Part shown: piece by piece, positions 48,980-63,121 of the stretch
Numbering within the stretch: the first letter of the stretch is position 1
How the letters are laid out: each line of letters opens with the position of its first letter
NCBI GenBank assembly: GCA_043228905.1
Contig: JBHGNT010000005.1
Location: forward strand, 2,294,001-2,358,000
Reading direction: 5' to 3'
Length of the DNA stretch: 64,000 nucleotides
From: Azolla caroliniana
Taxonomy: Eukaryota; Plantae; Polypodiophyta
Position numbers and translations under genes: made by a program
Notes under the pieces: generated by a model
Told to the model about the DNA's origin: nothing
Databases searched by the model: none
The model's input: the letters and a program-made list of their open reading frames with translations, nothing else

Positions 48980-50099
48980 CTATCACCAATCACCTAGAAT
49001 TGCTTTGATTCATAATGACGACATACTATCATGATCGTCGCAATAATAGTCACGCAAACTTTTTACTAGATGGTGCTTAAAAGCTTCAATAAGTGTGTTT
49101 CATGTAATAAATTATTCAATTTAGTGTAACTCTCTTCTATTATTTTTCTTAAACGTATTGTTTTAATAAGGTCTCTCTCTCTTAAAGCTTTTCAACAAGT
49201 AAAGTAATGTCTTGGATACGAAATCAGGGTCTTGAAGGATTCCCAATTCTAAGGGAATGAGTCGTGTTTTTCTCTTGAAAATGGTATTGTATTATGAACA
49301 CTATAGATGTGTCTGAATTAGAACACGTGACTCAATACAAATTCCTACAATTGTAGTCAAAACCTTGTAGTGTATCTCTTGAAGATTGATGTCACATATG
49401 TTTTAGAATTAAACAACAAATTTGTTTATAATTTGAGCACCTAGAATGTTTCCTTTTGTGTATGCATGCGTGAGTCAGAGATGTCCAAAAAGGGAAGTGC
49501 CCAACCCCCTACTTTCTGTAAAGATACCTACTAAATTAGAGTCTTTCGCCCATATAAAAGGAAAAACATGACTAACTAGTGGACGGACAGATAGATAGAC
49601 AAATAAAGATTAATCACTAACGTTCATGAGAGAATGAATATGGTTTATGAGATAGGGTCATGTCAATGGAGAGAGTCTAAGTTTGGTTTCTCTAAATTTT
49701 AGAGAGAGAGACAGGTTGCATTTCCTTTCTTGAGGATTTCAAGGGGAACTTTTCTGCCATATCATACATTGGCATCATTACTAACCTTTCTAGCTTTTTT
49801 GAAGGCACATTGACAAACATGCATCATGATAAATGTTCAAAAACCAAAAAGGAGTAAAATTGCAGTAATAGAGACCTCTTTTCGCATTTCCTTTTTTTTG
49901 AAGGCGTCCTAGCAAACATGCACTTCTTCTTGTGATAATGTTCAAAGAAATTTCATAAATGGAAACCTCTCACAACTCTTGTTTGTCTTCAATACTTTTT
50001 TGAATGAAAATATTATCATGTGTTAAACCTTTTTAACAAGTTATTCCTTATCATTCTAAGAATGTCATTATTACCTCATCTCAAGAAGTAATACTTTAA

Positions 50100-51900
50100 A
50101 GATTAATGTTGACCACTTTGTAAGCTTTGTCACAAGTTGTGACCTTGGGATGCTACAAAGCAAGAGATTGTGGCCTTGACGAATTAATAGAAAAACACTC
50201 TCGAACTAACCCATCAAACACGTTACACAAACTCTTCTTTTATCAAACAATTTGAACGCTTGGTAGATGTAGCTATCATAAGGTGCTTGATTGTGTTAGT
50301 TGATCATTCTTGTGTGCAGTGCACAAGTAACAAATTTGATTGGTGACATGTTTGGGCATATTAATGTAGGGCCAATACCAAAGGTCTAGAGCATGATGTA
50401 GGCTTTTACCATGTGGCACATTTGTCACTTAGATTATAACATCGATACTAGAGCACATTCCCCCTCTCATGGTGAGCTTGTTCTACTCCAAGTAAAATCC
50501 TATAATATGTTGTATTGTTAAGAGATCATCACTCATCACAATCAATCATTGTTCAACATAAGACACAAGTAGGTTCTCTTGAAAAACCAAAGAACGTAGT
50601 TGATTGCCTTCAAATCCGAGATGTCCAGGTTGAAGAAGTATTGAATGGCTCATAACTATGACCTAAGAGGGTTTGTTTCCGAATGGAGCTACTTTCGTTG
50701 TTGCCTATGGATATGGATACCGTGCAATGTGTCTAGGGAATAGATTGTAATTGTTTGATTGTTTTCTCTATGTTGGAGTACATAGATTTGTTTCCTCAAC
50801 CATTGTCTACACAAGATGGGCTTGGGAAAAAATACTTTATACGATGTAACCGTTATGACCTTTCTTTATAACTAATGGAAGGATAATTTGTTTTTGAAAA
50901 AAGAAGACACAAGTAGGTTTCGTTAAAATTGTAAGATCGTAGTTCTCGATGATAGTAAAGGTACATTATGATGAGGAAGACGGTGATGAAAATAATGATG
51001 GATATGATGCTTATCCTTATAGACTCACACACAAAATTAGTACACAAGGGTAGGTTTGGGCATAATACACATTGTGCTCTAAACATATATGGGACAATAT
51101 GTGTTGGACAATCTACAAATGTCTCTACATTGTGAGGTCATGGCATTCTATCCTCCATAGATTTTTTTTACCATATGCATGTATCAAGGAATTATAGGGT
51201 CATAGCAAGTGATGATATCCTAATGTCTCTATTACTGACCTAGGAGGTACAAAATGTCTCACGACATCTCATTCCAACTCTCCTAGAGGAGCATGACAGC
51301 TAGACCACAAGCCTTTACTCTAAACATGGAGATTACATCATGACTTTCATCATCACCATCATGGGAGTTGTGCCACATACCTATAGATGACACATACTAT
51401 CACACTATAGCCTACATGTTCTAATGTGATGGTAAATAGAAAAACCTAACATAGACCACATGCTTGATCTTGTAGATTAGAAGGTGGTTTGTTGATTGAT
51501 CAACTATTAACAAAGTCATGTATACGAATATAGATTTGTGATCTACTCATCATTACCTTACATTGAGAACACTACACGTATTATACTCTTGTCAAGATAA
51601 CCATGCATTTCACAATCAATTTTAGACTTCATGGAACAGAAATACGTATTTCTATTGGATGCTTCATGTCTCACAATAGGACCTTATAGGCATTGAGGTG
51701 GAATAGTTTCAAGGTGGACAAGACAAATTTTGAATTAAGAGTCAAACATAAACGTTAATATCATATTTGTTTTTTGAAATGCTAATAAGAAGTTATCATT
51801 TGTTAACATACAAGGCTACCATCAATGGACTTGGATGCCTAGATACATTATCAACATGAAATGCTTCTAAATCTCAATTCACCATAGCACAAGGTATGCA
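50100..51900 (+). mobile_element. Heavily decayed Gypsy pol remnant between the two Cys-rich genes
   Basis: Integrase-like fragments (catggagattacatcatgactttcatc, resembling WE.I.MDFI, and V...R.T) with no long ORF. Confidence 0.35.
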
Positions 51901-53769
51901 AAAGTTTAAGTTACCATATGTAATTATAATCTATATACATATTAGCATACCAAATAACATGACATATTTTGTCATTGCAATGTTTCTCGCTTGGAAAAAG
52001 ATGGGAAAAAGGTGATTAAATATTGCTCCCATTGTAAATATTACTTTTAGTAAAGTTTATCTGGCATATTAATATTTAATATAATATGTCCTCCATGTTA
52101 TAATATTAGACAAAAAAAAATAATTATGATCCAACTCCTACATTGGAGGAACCATAGATACGCACATATCAAGCTATAAATATCTCATATTCATTCTTCC
52201 TCCGCCTAAGCCTTTTCTAAGAAATATTTTTTAAAAAATATGTTGCATATGCATAGTTACCAATTACATCGCGAGGAGAATGTCGACAAGGTTGAGCAAC
52301 AAGAACAAACAATTGTAGTAGTGTCTAATTAATTAATGAAGGAATGGTTGGATGGGATAATGATCGTCACAAGAGCTTGAGAGAATATGAAGAAATGTAA
52401 ATAAATTTGTTTCTAACTTTAACTCGATCGTTACATATATTGTAAAAGATGCTAATTATCATCATTAAGTACGCGTAACCTATAATACATTAACATTAAA
52501 TTCTACATCAAAATGTACTTTTCAACATGCTTGCTTGCAAATTACTCCAATTAAATTCTTGATTGATAGTTAATGTTGAGACTAGTGTGAGTGAAAGAGA
52601 ACAAGGAAGAATTAAAGGAAGAAAGAGTGTAAATATATGATTACATATAAACTAAAAACATATTTTTGATGAATATCAATTACAATAAAACAAAGACGTT
52701 GCTTAACCATCACATCCAATGCCACTTAAACATAATAACAAATGGCATCACTTAAGCATCACTTATGCACCACTATTAACATGATAATTTTATAATTAGT
52801 TATGAATTTGGAAGTAAGGTTGGAGCACTAGGATAAAACAGTAGTATTATAATAGCCAATAAAAATATCACAAGAGTGAGCATTAGACACTAAATGCCTA
52901 ATATAGTGAATGTTGCAAATAGAAGGAGCATTGCAACCGTCACCACATTTATTGGATGAAGACATTTGTGTGGCATGGGAACTTGTTATGAATAGAAATA
53001 ATCCAACTTCATTATTAAAAGGAGAATGTTATAGGTTACCGTATGGAAAGTCAATGAGTACAAAATATGGCATGCAACGGTTCATGAGGACAGGATAATT
53101 TCGTAATTAACATGGACTCTATCATGGGGTACAACAATTATTTCACAATAAATATTTGTTGGAATTAAACGTTTACTCAATTGAACAATCTTATTTGTTG
53201 GATCATCGTAGACACTTTGTGCATCCCTCTAGTTATGCGAAGTGAGTATTGTGCATCTGTCATTAACATAATAAACTAAATACATTTGTCACTTGTGTTT
53301 TTATTCGCATAATATGCCCCTTATGGTCCGCTCATAGTTTTGGGGAGTTAGCTACTAAGTTAGATGCAACATCACCATCTATTGTTAATTTGTTACCATA
53401 ATGATATGATCAACTACACAAATTGCATGAAAATTTATTAAGAAACCACGTATGGGAGAATGCATCGTGGGATGAATATTGCATGTATGTTCAACATGAG
53501 AATGTATAACCATATTTTACATATATAATTCATAAGAAGTGCTTGTAAGTCAATATTCACGTATTAAAGTGGTATTATTGAGAAGTGAGGTTGAAGTCAA
53601 GCATTATAGATACATTAGAAGGGAGCATCGACACATATAAGTAACAAAGGAAGTAGACACCAGAAGGAGCAAAATATAGGAAGTGGTAAGACGTGTGTGT
53701 GTGTGAGTGAGAGAGAGAGAGAGAGAGTGTGTGTGTGTGTGTGTGTGAGTGAGTGAGTGAGTGAGAGAG

Positions 53770-54285
53770 ATGGCTTTCTATGTGATTAAGAAACAAGAGA
53801 GTGTACAATCAACATCTTGTTGCTTCGGCACCATGACAGTGATGATAGTTGTGTCAATGGCTTTGTTGGTGGGTTTCAAACCTGCACATGCCGTGTGTGG
53901 ACCTTATGTTGCAAATTTGTGTGATTTCGTAGGAAGTGATTCCACAGCGTGTGATGCATATTGCAAGTCATGCCACCCCACATTTGGCATATTGTGCGGT
54001 AGCCGTTCTAATTGTGTCGCATGCACCAATTGCACTGGTGGTGTATGTGCGGCATTCTTGTGCACATGCATTGGCACATGTAGCACGAGTTGCTCTACGA
54101 CAACAAATGCAACCTCCCCTGCAACTTCACCCTCAAGCTCTCCAGTTGCAATATCACCATCACCATCACCATCCACTTCAACTTCTGACCCTCCATCACC
54201 TCCTCCACCCACAACCACCTCTGACCCCACATCGTCTCCACCACCCACAACAACCTCTGACGCCGCATCACCTTCACCTGCATGA
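53770..54285 (+). CDS. Secreted 14-Cys defensin-like protein with Ser/Pro/Thr-rich tail (paralogue B, 171 aa)
   Basis: Signal ending PAHA; the same Cys framework (CGPYV..C...ACDAYCKSCHP.F..CG.R..C..CTNCT.G.C...LC.C...C..C); tail with SP dipeptides and SPPP(P) motifs; TATATAA at ~53635. Confidence 0.85.
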   Translation: MAFYVIKKQESVQSTSCCFGTMTVMIVVSMALLVGFKPAHAVCGPYVANLCDFVGSDSTACDAYCKSCHPTFGILCGSRSNCVACTNCTGGVCAAFLCTCIGTCSTSCSTTTNATSPATSPSSSPVAISPSPSPSTSTSDPPSPPPPTTTSDPTSSPPPTTTSDAASPSPA

Positions 54286-57200
54286 CCTCCTCCACTTGCT
54301 CCAATCCTAAAGTTGCATCTTGATAATAATATTCATGCACCTCATTTTGCATGAATAAGTGCAAATTTTCTATTTGATATAATGAATCTTGCAATTTGAT
54401 TATAATATTTTCCTTTGGTCACATTTTTTTTCTAGTGTCGTGGCTATAAACATTCATTACCTAACAATGTGACATAACTTTATTAACTATGGGCTTGAAT
54501 GTTTGAATTGTGATGAGTTAATTTATGCCTTATGACGTTTTTATTTGAACCATCGGATAACCTTGCTAATTTAACTATATCCTTTATTGTTCTCACACAA
54601 TAATTCATTTTTTATAAATGCAAAAAGTTTTCTCTCTAAAGTTGTTAGTTAAAAAGTTTTTACATTTTACTAGTGTTAAGGATTTTCATCGAAATACTCT
54701 ATCTCAGTCCATAGATCACAATATATAGACAATTATGGATGTCAAAAGGTATATGTCTATATCTTTCTCCCCCCATCTCTGATTCCGTCTCTCTCAATTT
54801 TTGGAAAAACAAAATATATAGAAGTTAAGACAAAAACCTTGAGCTCTCTCAAACCCTTTGAAATACTACACGTCCCTATAAATCATAATTGGGGTACATG
54901 CCAATTGATTGTCATTTGATTGAGATGCTTTATCTTCAAATATAGATGCAATCTCAAAATGGTCATAGTTGGTAAACAAAGATAAAAAACTTGTAGTGCA
55001 TTAACAATGCAAGTTTTGTTAAACTTTGGAGAAGAATAACACTCATCTACATGGCATGCCATTGAGAATGTGATAATGATGTATATGTTCCCATGAACCA
55101 TATTTGGGGTACACATTGGTTGAATGTTGTTTGCTCAAGCTACCTTATCCCTGTATGCAATCTCAATATGTTAAAGGATGAATGACAATGCTCAAATACT
55201 TCAATGCATTGATATTGTCGCTCTTGTTGTGCTTTGAGGAAAAATCATACTTGTATTGATGGAAAGACATCAAGAAAGTGACCCCACCCAAACAAAGGGG
55301 TTTATAACAATCCACACTTATTTGCCCAAAGTGAAGGACATATGAAGACACCTTATACTAATCCAAACATGGAATGCATGCGATAGATGTAGAAAAAAGA
55401 GAAAAATTCTCTCTTCTAGCTAGGCACGCAAACACTAGTTGTATGAGAGATGGAATATGGACTCACTAATCGAATTATCCATTAATGATACCCTTGTGAT
55501 GAATATTGGATTACTCCTTAAGGTGGACACATTTTTTTTTCCATAAAAATGATCCTCCATTAGTATTAAGATAAAGTAGCCAAAGGCAAGATACAAGATA
55601 ATCCAACATTACAATGAATATTGTGCAACCAATCTTTCTAGATAAGGTGAACACTTGTGATGAATCGCAACCAAATGGAAGAGGATGCAAAGAATAACAA
55701 ATTGCAATGTTATTATCAACACTTGCATAAACAAACACGTTAGACATCTATGAGGAAGTAATGACATAAACATTTCAAACACATATAATCATCATCCTTG
55801 TGCAATTCAAAGAAAAATGACAAGCTTTCCCCTTCGGGATAGTAGCCATGATCTTTAAATTGAACCTAATGGACTGTGAAAATGCGTGTTTTGAGTGTCT
55901 CACATCTCCATGTTCTTCCCATACAAAGAAATTGAGAATGTTGCTCACTCCATCGTGGATGCATCTTGTAGTTCTAGAATACTCTTGCACAAGGCAAGCA
56001 ACCTTAGAATAATTAGTTTGAAGTGCAATCATTGGACTCGCAAAGGGTTGTAATAATGGTATTCTTGAGTACCCTCCAACTCCATTCAGATAAATGTTAA
56101 GATAATATCCATTATGATGATATGGGATATGGTGTTTCGTTGCAAAACATATTCATCACGGATGACACGTCCATGTTGTGAAGACACTTGATTAACAAAG
56201 TTTCCTAAAGACATTATTTCATATGCTTTTATTGTCGACACATGATGTATATTTGAGTGATGTATATTTGAGTGCAATGAATATATTTGTGAACAACATA
56301 GTCATAAGGGTTAGTTTTGGAGGAATGATATCTGTATGTTGCCTTTATAGTTATATCTTATATCCAAATTTTACAATGGTTGTGAGAGGGTGTACTGTTG
56401 AAAGCATAGTATGAACCATACATACCATACGTGCATTCACATTTGACTATGTTTCGATCATTCGAGTATAGTAAACACCCTCAAAGTATGGTAAATACCA
56501 TACTTTTGTATTCATTATCTACGATAAGGTAAAAAAGTGAGAAAATAAATAAATAACGTAAAAAAAAACATAAGTATAAGCATCCATTGGACCATTTGCA
56601 AACGTATGAAAACAAATGTTTGAGCAGAAGAATTCGAATATTATGTTCTATAGTTGAAAGCTCATAATTAAAGTTACTTAGTTTATAATTAAGAAATATT
56701 TCTAGATATCGATTCTTAACAAAAAAAAAATAGAACTTTGGCTTATAAATTTGTAAAATAAACACTTAATCTTTAGTTTGCATGAATGTCTAAGGTCAAA
56801 GGAAAATCATTATTTCTTCGAACGTGGTGATTGTTGCCACCCTATGATAAACTCAAGTGGCAATTCTCAACTACATCGTATTCAAAGGATGCATGGCATT
56901 ATAAATTCGAATAACATATTCCGATTTCCCCACTGCTTCTAGTGTGTTTGGTTTCACATATACATAATCAAACAAGGTCATCTAATCGCTTGTAAAACAT
57001 TGCACCATTACAAACACTATCTAGCTTCTCGTACTTTTCATTGAAGTGTTGCCACTATCGCTCATGGTTGCAATAAAACCCATGAGGAATGTATGGGTCC
57101 AAGCTAGTGGATGTTGGCCGATCTTGACATCTACGTGCCTAGTTTATGAGATCAAGGTAAAAAGAAACTAGGGCTTTGTTTATACTTGATAATAATAACT

Positions 57201-58295
57201 TTAAATACAATGTAATTAAATGAAACTATTTCATAAAAGTGCATTAATTTATGTTAACAAGCGTCCATAGACATGTGTGTCAAACATTACCCAATCTTAG
57301 AGAAATGGGATCCATACCCTCCCAACATTAAATCTCGTGCATGAAGGGAAAGATGGCAAATGCATGGACAACTTCTGAACCTAGTGTGTCAACCTAAAAA
57401 GATTCACATATAATGTTGATGAATCATCGAGAAGACTACATGTATATACAATGACCATGCATGATATGGTAACCATACTTTTTAAGGCAAAGGATGTATC
57501 CTCGATACCTATGCGTCTCTCTTTTAAAGGATGTATCCTCAATGACCATGCATGAAATAACGTCGAGATGGATAAGATCACAACGGAATTCACAGATAGG
57601 AGAGTCGAGCTTTTAAAAACAAAAAGTCAACTTTCTTCGAGCCGACACAACATATGCAACAACACTCTCCATGGATATAAACTCATTTATCAATGATTTG
57701 ATTGTACCATACCATAGAGACTCCTCCACTGACGCCGCATGATATGCTAGTGCAATAGTAATAGCAAGGGTAAATGGCCATGGAGTGGCTTCTTTGAAAT
57801 GAGAAACACATTGAAAAGATGAGAGAGAGAGAGAGAGAGAGATTAAAGTGAGTGTATATTAGGACATATGAAGGATTTCAACATCCATGACAGGTTGAGT
57901 TTGATATCTAGCCAATGGTCGAACACGAGTTCTTTCATTTTTATGACCTTGATGCAAACCACCAAGCAAAGAACCAGATGTACCTTAGTTTGTTGAAGAC
58001 GAGTTTTGGCAAGGTTGTCGAGCCAGAGTGGCATCTAGTGACATTTGGAAACAATATGTGGTCTAAGAAAGATGTGTTAAAGTTGGGGCTCGAGCCCAAC
58101 ACCTAAACAAAGAGGGGCATTTTGAGTAATTTTGAAAAGCTGAGGTGAGGGTGTGATGGGCGAATGAATGAATATGAATGAGATTTCTGGAAGGCATGAA
58201 AAAACCCTATACGTTCCACAGAGCAAAGCAGGGAAGAAAGTGACGGGTTTTCCTCTGTTTTTCTTTTTTCCGTTTAGAGAGAGTCGCTGCTCATC

Positions 58296-61200
58296 ATGGG
58301 GAAGGCGAAAAAGACCAGGAAATTCGCGCAGATGAAGAGAATGCTTACTCCTGCAGCTCTCAGAAAGTAAGCTTCTTTCCATCCTTTTTTTGCCTCTTGC
58401 TTCTTCTTTATATTTCTCCTCATTGTCTTCTTCTTTATTCTCCTTCATTATGATCGTTTTCTTTATCATCCGTCTCTGCCGTCACCATCACCATCTTGTT
58501 ATTCTGTCGGCTCTCTCTTCAGAAAGCCATAACTGTCAAATATGTATTTTATTATTTCTCGTTTCCAACTTTTCTTTTCATAAGCCATTGCTTCTCTAAT
58601 GGTTTTTGAGAGAACAAATATATATCTTATAAAATATGTTTTTTTGTTAACATGTTTCCTCAACACTTGGAAATTTTCTCTTCGAGGAAGATATAACTTT
58701 TAAATCGTCATTTGGTGTCAAGTTTGTTTTTCTAACTAGTTTTTTTTCCCCTCTTTTTCAGTCACAAAGAAGAGGTTTTGAATGCTAAGAAGAAGAATTC
58801 GGAGAAAGATTTGCTTCCAAGAAACATGTGAGATATACATACACATATCCACACACATAAATGTAAATATTTATCTCCTATATACGTGTATAAATCAGAG
58901 AACTTCTTTGGGAATTGTTTGCTGCAGACCGAATGTATCTTCAGCGCTGTTTTTCAAATACAACACAGCTTTAGGTCCTCCTTACCAAGTTCTTGTGGAC
59001 ACCAATTTCATCAATTTCTCCATTCAAAATAAAGTAAGTATCTTTCATGTTGTCTTTGTTTTAAGTGTGTTATAGGGGCATTTCATGCTTAAATCAATAT
59101 TTCAGATAAACAATTCCATTATGGCATAAAACCTGTGTGTCTACAGAGGCAGATACATGATGATATATTAAAACAACACACAAGGCCAATTGCGAGTCTT
59201 TCATAATGCTTGCTGACATGTGGGACCGGAAATCATTACAAAACCACTCTCCATAGCTGCATAGGTGGTGGATTTTAAAATGGTAGAACGTAAGGAAAAT
59301 GAAAAGCTGTAATAGAAAACTAAGCAAGTGGCTGAAATTCACTAATCTGATCTTCCACGAGATTTTGGTTCTGTGGTTGAGTACATGAGTGAATGGGATG
59401 ACTATTGGATGGCATCATTGATGGCTCCATTCTTGCTATAAGAATATAACAATAGGTAGTGAAATTCACTGTTTTGAGATTCCATGAGTTTTGTGGTTGA
59501 GTAGATGAGCAAAGGGCATGATTATTGGATGGTGTCAGCAATGATCCATCTTTGTTAGGATTATACGGCACATCCACAAATTCTTCAACTTGCCATGCAA
59601 ACAATTTCCAGATTTCTTCAACCAAGCTGGATGAAAATAATTTACTTCTGTAGCTTTTCATTGTAAAATCCTATTTCTCATGTGGCATCAATGAGCCATT
59701 TCAAGGCATTGTTCTTGCTTTCAATATGTACTTGTAAACTCTTTGAAGGGCATAAAATCCTATTGAAATTCCAATTTGTAGAAGCATTATGGAGTATGGG
59801 GCTGGGTTGTTAACCCTACTTAGTAATGTAGGAATTGCTTTTATATTTTCTCCATTTCATTCCATGATCTTGTTGAGTTACTACCTCCTCCAACCTCAGT
59901 TCCATGTAGCAGATTTTGCACCACGCACGCGTCAAATGCTATTGCTCTTATATATCTTCGTGAGTTTTTCTCAATTGACATATGGTTCCAAATTCATATT
60001 ATTAGCTGCCTCCATCGTCCCAGTGAGACCTTTTCCAATTGTATTATTTGAAGATGGTTGTATCTTCAAACCTCTTTAATTGTCTTTTCTTCATAGTAAA
60101 TTAGTGACTGCTGATTTCAAAATTCAGAGTGATTATCACTGTGACTTTAGTCTTAGCCATGTTGATTACTTCTATTATGCTTCTAAAAGCTTTCACAGTC
60201 TCAACCTAGAAATTGCTAAAAGTATGACAATGACTGCATAAATCACTGGTTGTACATCATGTTCTACTAAGCCTTCTTTGATGTATACTTCTAGTTGGTC
60301 AATCATAGACTGAATGGAGTAGGAAATAGCGAGGGAGACATGCCATATACAGGGTCAGGTCTTTTAAGAGGCGAAAATGTCCTATAAGGACAAACTAGAG
60401 ATGAATTTTATAAGATGATACCTCATTTATTGAGAATAACAAATCAAAGAGAGAGAGAGAGAGGGGTCTTTTAAGAGGCCAAAATGGCCTATAAGACCAA
60501 ATTAGAGATGAATTTTATAAAATGATATCTCATTTATTGAGAACAACAAACCAAAACAAATGTACTAAATGAATAAGTAAATAAACTTAAATGTGTTCAT
60601 GTAACACTCTCAAGGTGGATGGGTTGTACATTTTTTGTCTTCGAAGAATCTCTCGGATAGGTCGATTCACAATGGAGAGATCTCAGGAGCAAGAGCAACA
60701 TCTATGATGTTGGAAGAGAATGGCCTCTATCTCTCAATGACAAGGGTGGCGAGATGGGGGTTCAGAAGGTTGGGACCTTGATGCAAAAGAAATCGTTATT
60801 GCCCACGCTAAAGAAAGTTGTGATTGTTCTTTGTTGATGAGCTTGTGTGGTTGTATTGTTGTCCTTCAACAACTTCTCATGTATCTTGATATCTAGCAAG
60901 AACAATCCTGAGCACCATTAGTCCTCATATTCTATTACCTTGCATAGTGGGCTAAAGCCTAGGTTAAAGAGGCATTGGTATCTCCCTCTTATTTCATAGA
61001 CAACCGTGCAATGGTAAACATAGAATTCTTCAGATTCCACTGCTTGACAGGTTCTCTCTTCCAGAGATGTGTGCATATTTTCCTACTCAATCTCTATCTG
61101 ATGAATCCATCCTCAATCTCTACCACTGGAGCTGCAATTACGAGGGCCTGATTATAAATCCATCCTTTGATGTGCGTGAAAAGTGTGCATTGTAATGTCT

Positions 61201-63121
61201 CATCTTTCCAACGAGTGATGTCGTGGGGCTGATTCAAGTTCTTCCATTATCCAATTGGATAGTATCAGTTTGGATCGTTCCATTCTTTTCCCTTTGTTAT
61301 GTTCAGCAACTAAATAATGAGCTGGTTCAAATAATGCCTTCTTACGGAGCAACCTAGCTTCTTGGATATGAAATTAAGTCATAGTGAATGAAAAAATTAA
61401 CAAAAATTGGTGGTTCTTTTTTTAGTTTAGTGACCTTTGAAAGTTCCTTGATTCTCTACCATTTCCCTTGTTGAGAATGTCTATTTCTATATCCCTTAAA
61501 CTAGATAACCCGTCAGATTATATTTGCTACTGCCTGTTTGATTTGTATGTTTGTGTCCAAATTGAACACGTTATCTTTTTGATTCACATTAATCACAAAA
61601 GTTTTTTTGATGAATCAATTCTTGATGAAGAGGTTCTCACAACATTTTCTGTCTGCAGTTGGACTTGGAGAAAGCAATGATGGATTGTCTATATGCAAAA
61701 TGTGAGATTTCTTTCATCTGACAGGTTCTCCTTTCTTTCACAGATTTATTCCTACCATAGGCAATGGGTAAAGGAAACATTTCATTTTTCTTGTATGGAT
61801 CACCAATATTGATTCTGCTTTTGTCCAGGTACTCCATGCATCACTGATTGTGTCATGGCAGAGCTTGAAAAATTGGGCCAGAAATACCGGGTAGCTCTCA
61901 GGTAATCTAAAACATACTGTAAAGTGTTTTGAGTTGCATCTCTTTATTCTGTCTAGGCTAATTGATTTTATGATGCCTTTCATTTGATTATTTGCTGGTA
62001 TGACGTGACAATTGTTGTCTATGGAAAATTATTAGTATATATATCAGGGAATGGTGTGCTGAGTACTAAATATGAATGTTGCACTAATATGTGTATATAC
62101 TAGGTGATATAGCTGATATTGTGCAGAGTATTACATATGGTGATCTTATGTTCTTTGGATACAATTGCAGGATTGCAAAGGATCCAAGGTTTGAACAATT
62201 GCCATGCAGTCATAAAGGAACTTATGCTGATGACTGTATAGTTGAACGAGTTACGCAAGTATGGCCATAGATTTCTCATTTTTTTCTGGTTTCATTGGGA
62301 CAGTAGCTACCCAGTCAAGTGTTCATTCTTTCACTGTTCTATTTAACAGCATAAATGCTATATTGTTGCGACATGTGACAGAGATCTGAAACGTCGTATA
62401 AGAAAGGTATGAAGATTCAAGCTCGAAACAAGTCACTCTTTGCAAAATTTTATTTGGTTTCTTAGCACAATATAATGATTTTGCTATGACAGCCAGTGGA
62501 CTAGTTATTCCTCTAAGCAAAACTCTATTTCAACAATGTGACCGATAGTTTATCTTAATCCTTTGTGGTGCTGTAATAATTATATTTGTGGTTTTTGTTA
62601 CTGACCATGTTTAGTAATAATGAATTATAGATCTGTGGCTTGTAAAAGTCCTTATTAATTAAAAAAATTTATTCTGATGAAAGCTGTATCTACTTTCAAG
62701 TCAGGGATACCACTGATAGTAGCTACACATGCACATAGATTTGTGTTGGAATCTCTGTAAGTTTTTGTTGCTTTACAGATACCAGGTGTTCCTATCATGT
62801 ATATTACACAACATCAATATTCGATTGAGAGATTGCCAGAAGCTACAATGGGTGGAGGTATGGGTCTACCGTAGTCTTGCTTTGGTAAACATAATAAAAA
62901 TTTGAGTATAAAATATCCTTACTAAATTGCTAGGAATTTATTGAGGATTTAAAAATATCTAGAAAATTGAGTAAATTATTCACCCTGAAGTACTAGGAAT
63001 GTGTTGTGTAAGAATTCTTCGAAGAATTTTTCTTTGAGAAAATATATGTTGAAATTTGATTATAATAGAAAATCTCTTTTGGGTCTTAATTGCTCATGGA
63101 TGCACAGCTCCACGCATTTGA
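58296..63121 (+). CDS. FCF1: rRNA-processing PIN-domain nuclease FCF1/UTP24, 198 aa
   Basis: Nine GT-AG exons: 58296-58366, 58762-58827, 58928-59033, 61659-61701, 61829-61901, 62171-62258, 62350-62406, 62779-62857, 63108-63121, totalling 597 nt. [11 protein letters not shown]...[51 protein letters not shown]...HKGTYADDC...[18 protein letters not shown]. Confidence 0.97.
60358..60556. repeat. Two ~90-bp direct repeats separated by (GA)n in FCF1 intron 3
   Basis: ggtcttttaagaggc...gagatgaattttataa...catttattgagaa..acaaa occurs twice. Confidence 0.8.

Noticed and set aside
53904-54394. Antisense ORFs over the Cys-rich gene B
   Set aside because: Shadow frames of the Pro/Ser/Thr-coding strand.
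57915-58106. 63-aa ORF upstream of FCF1
   Set aside because: No recognisable motif or splice context; cannot be supported as a gene.
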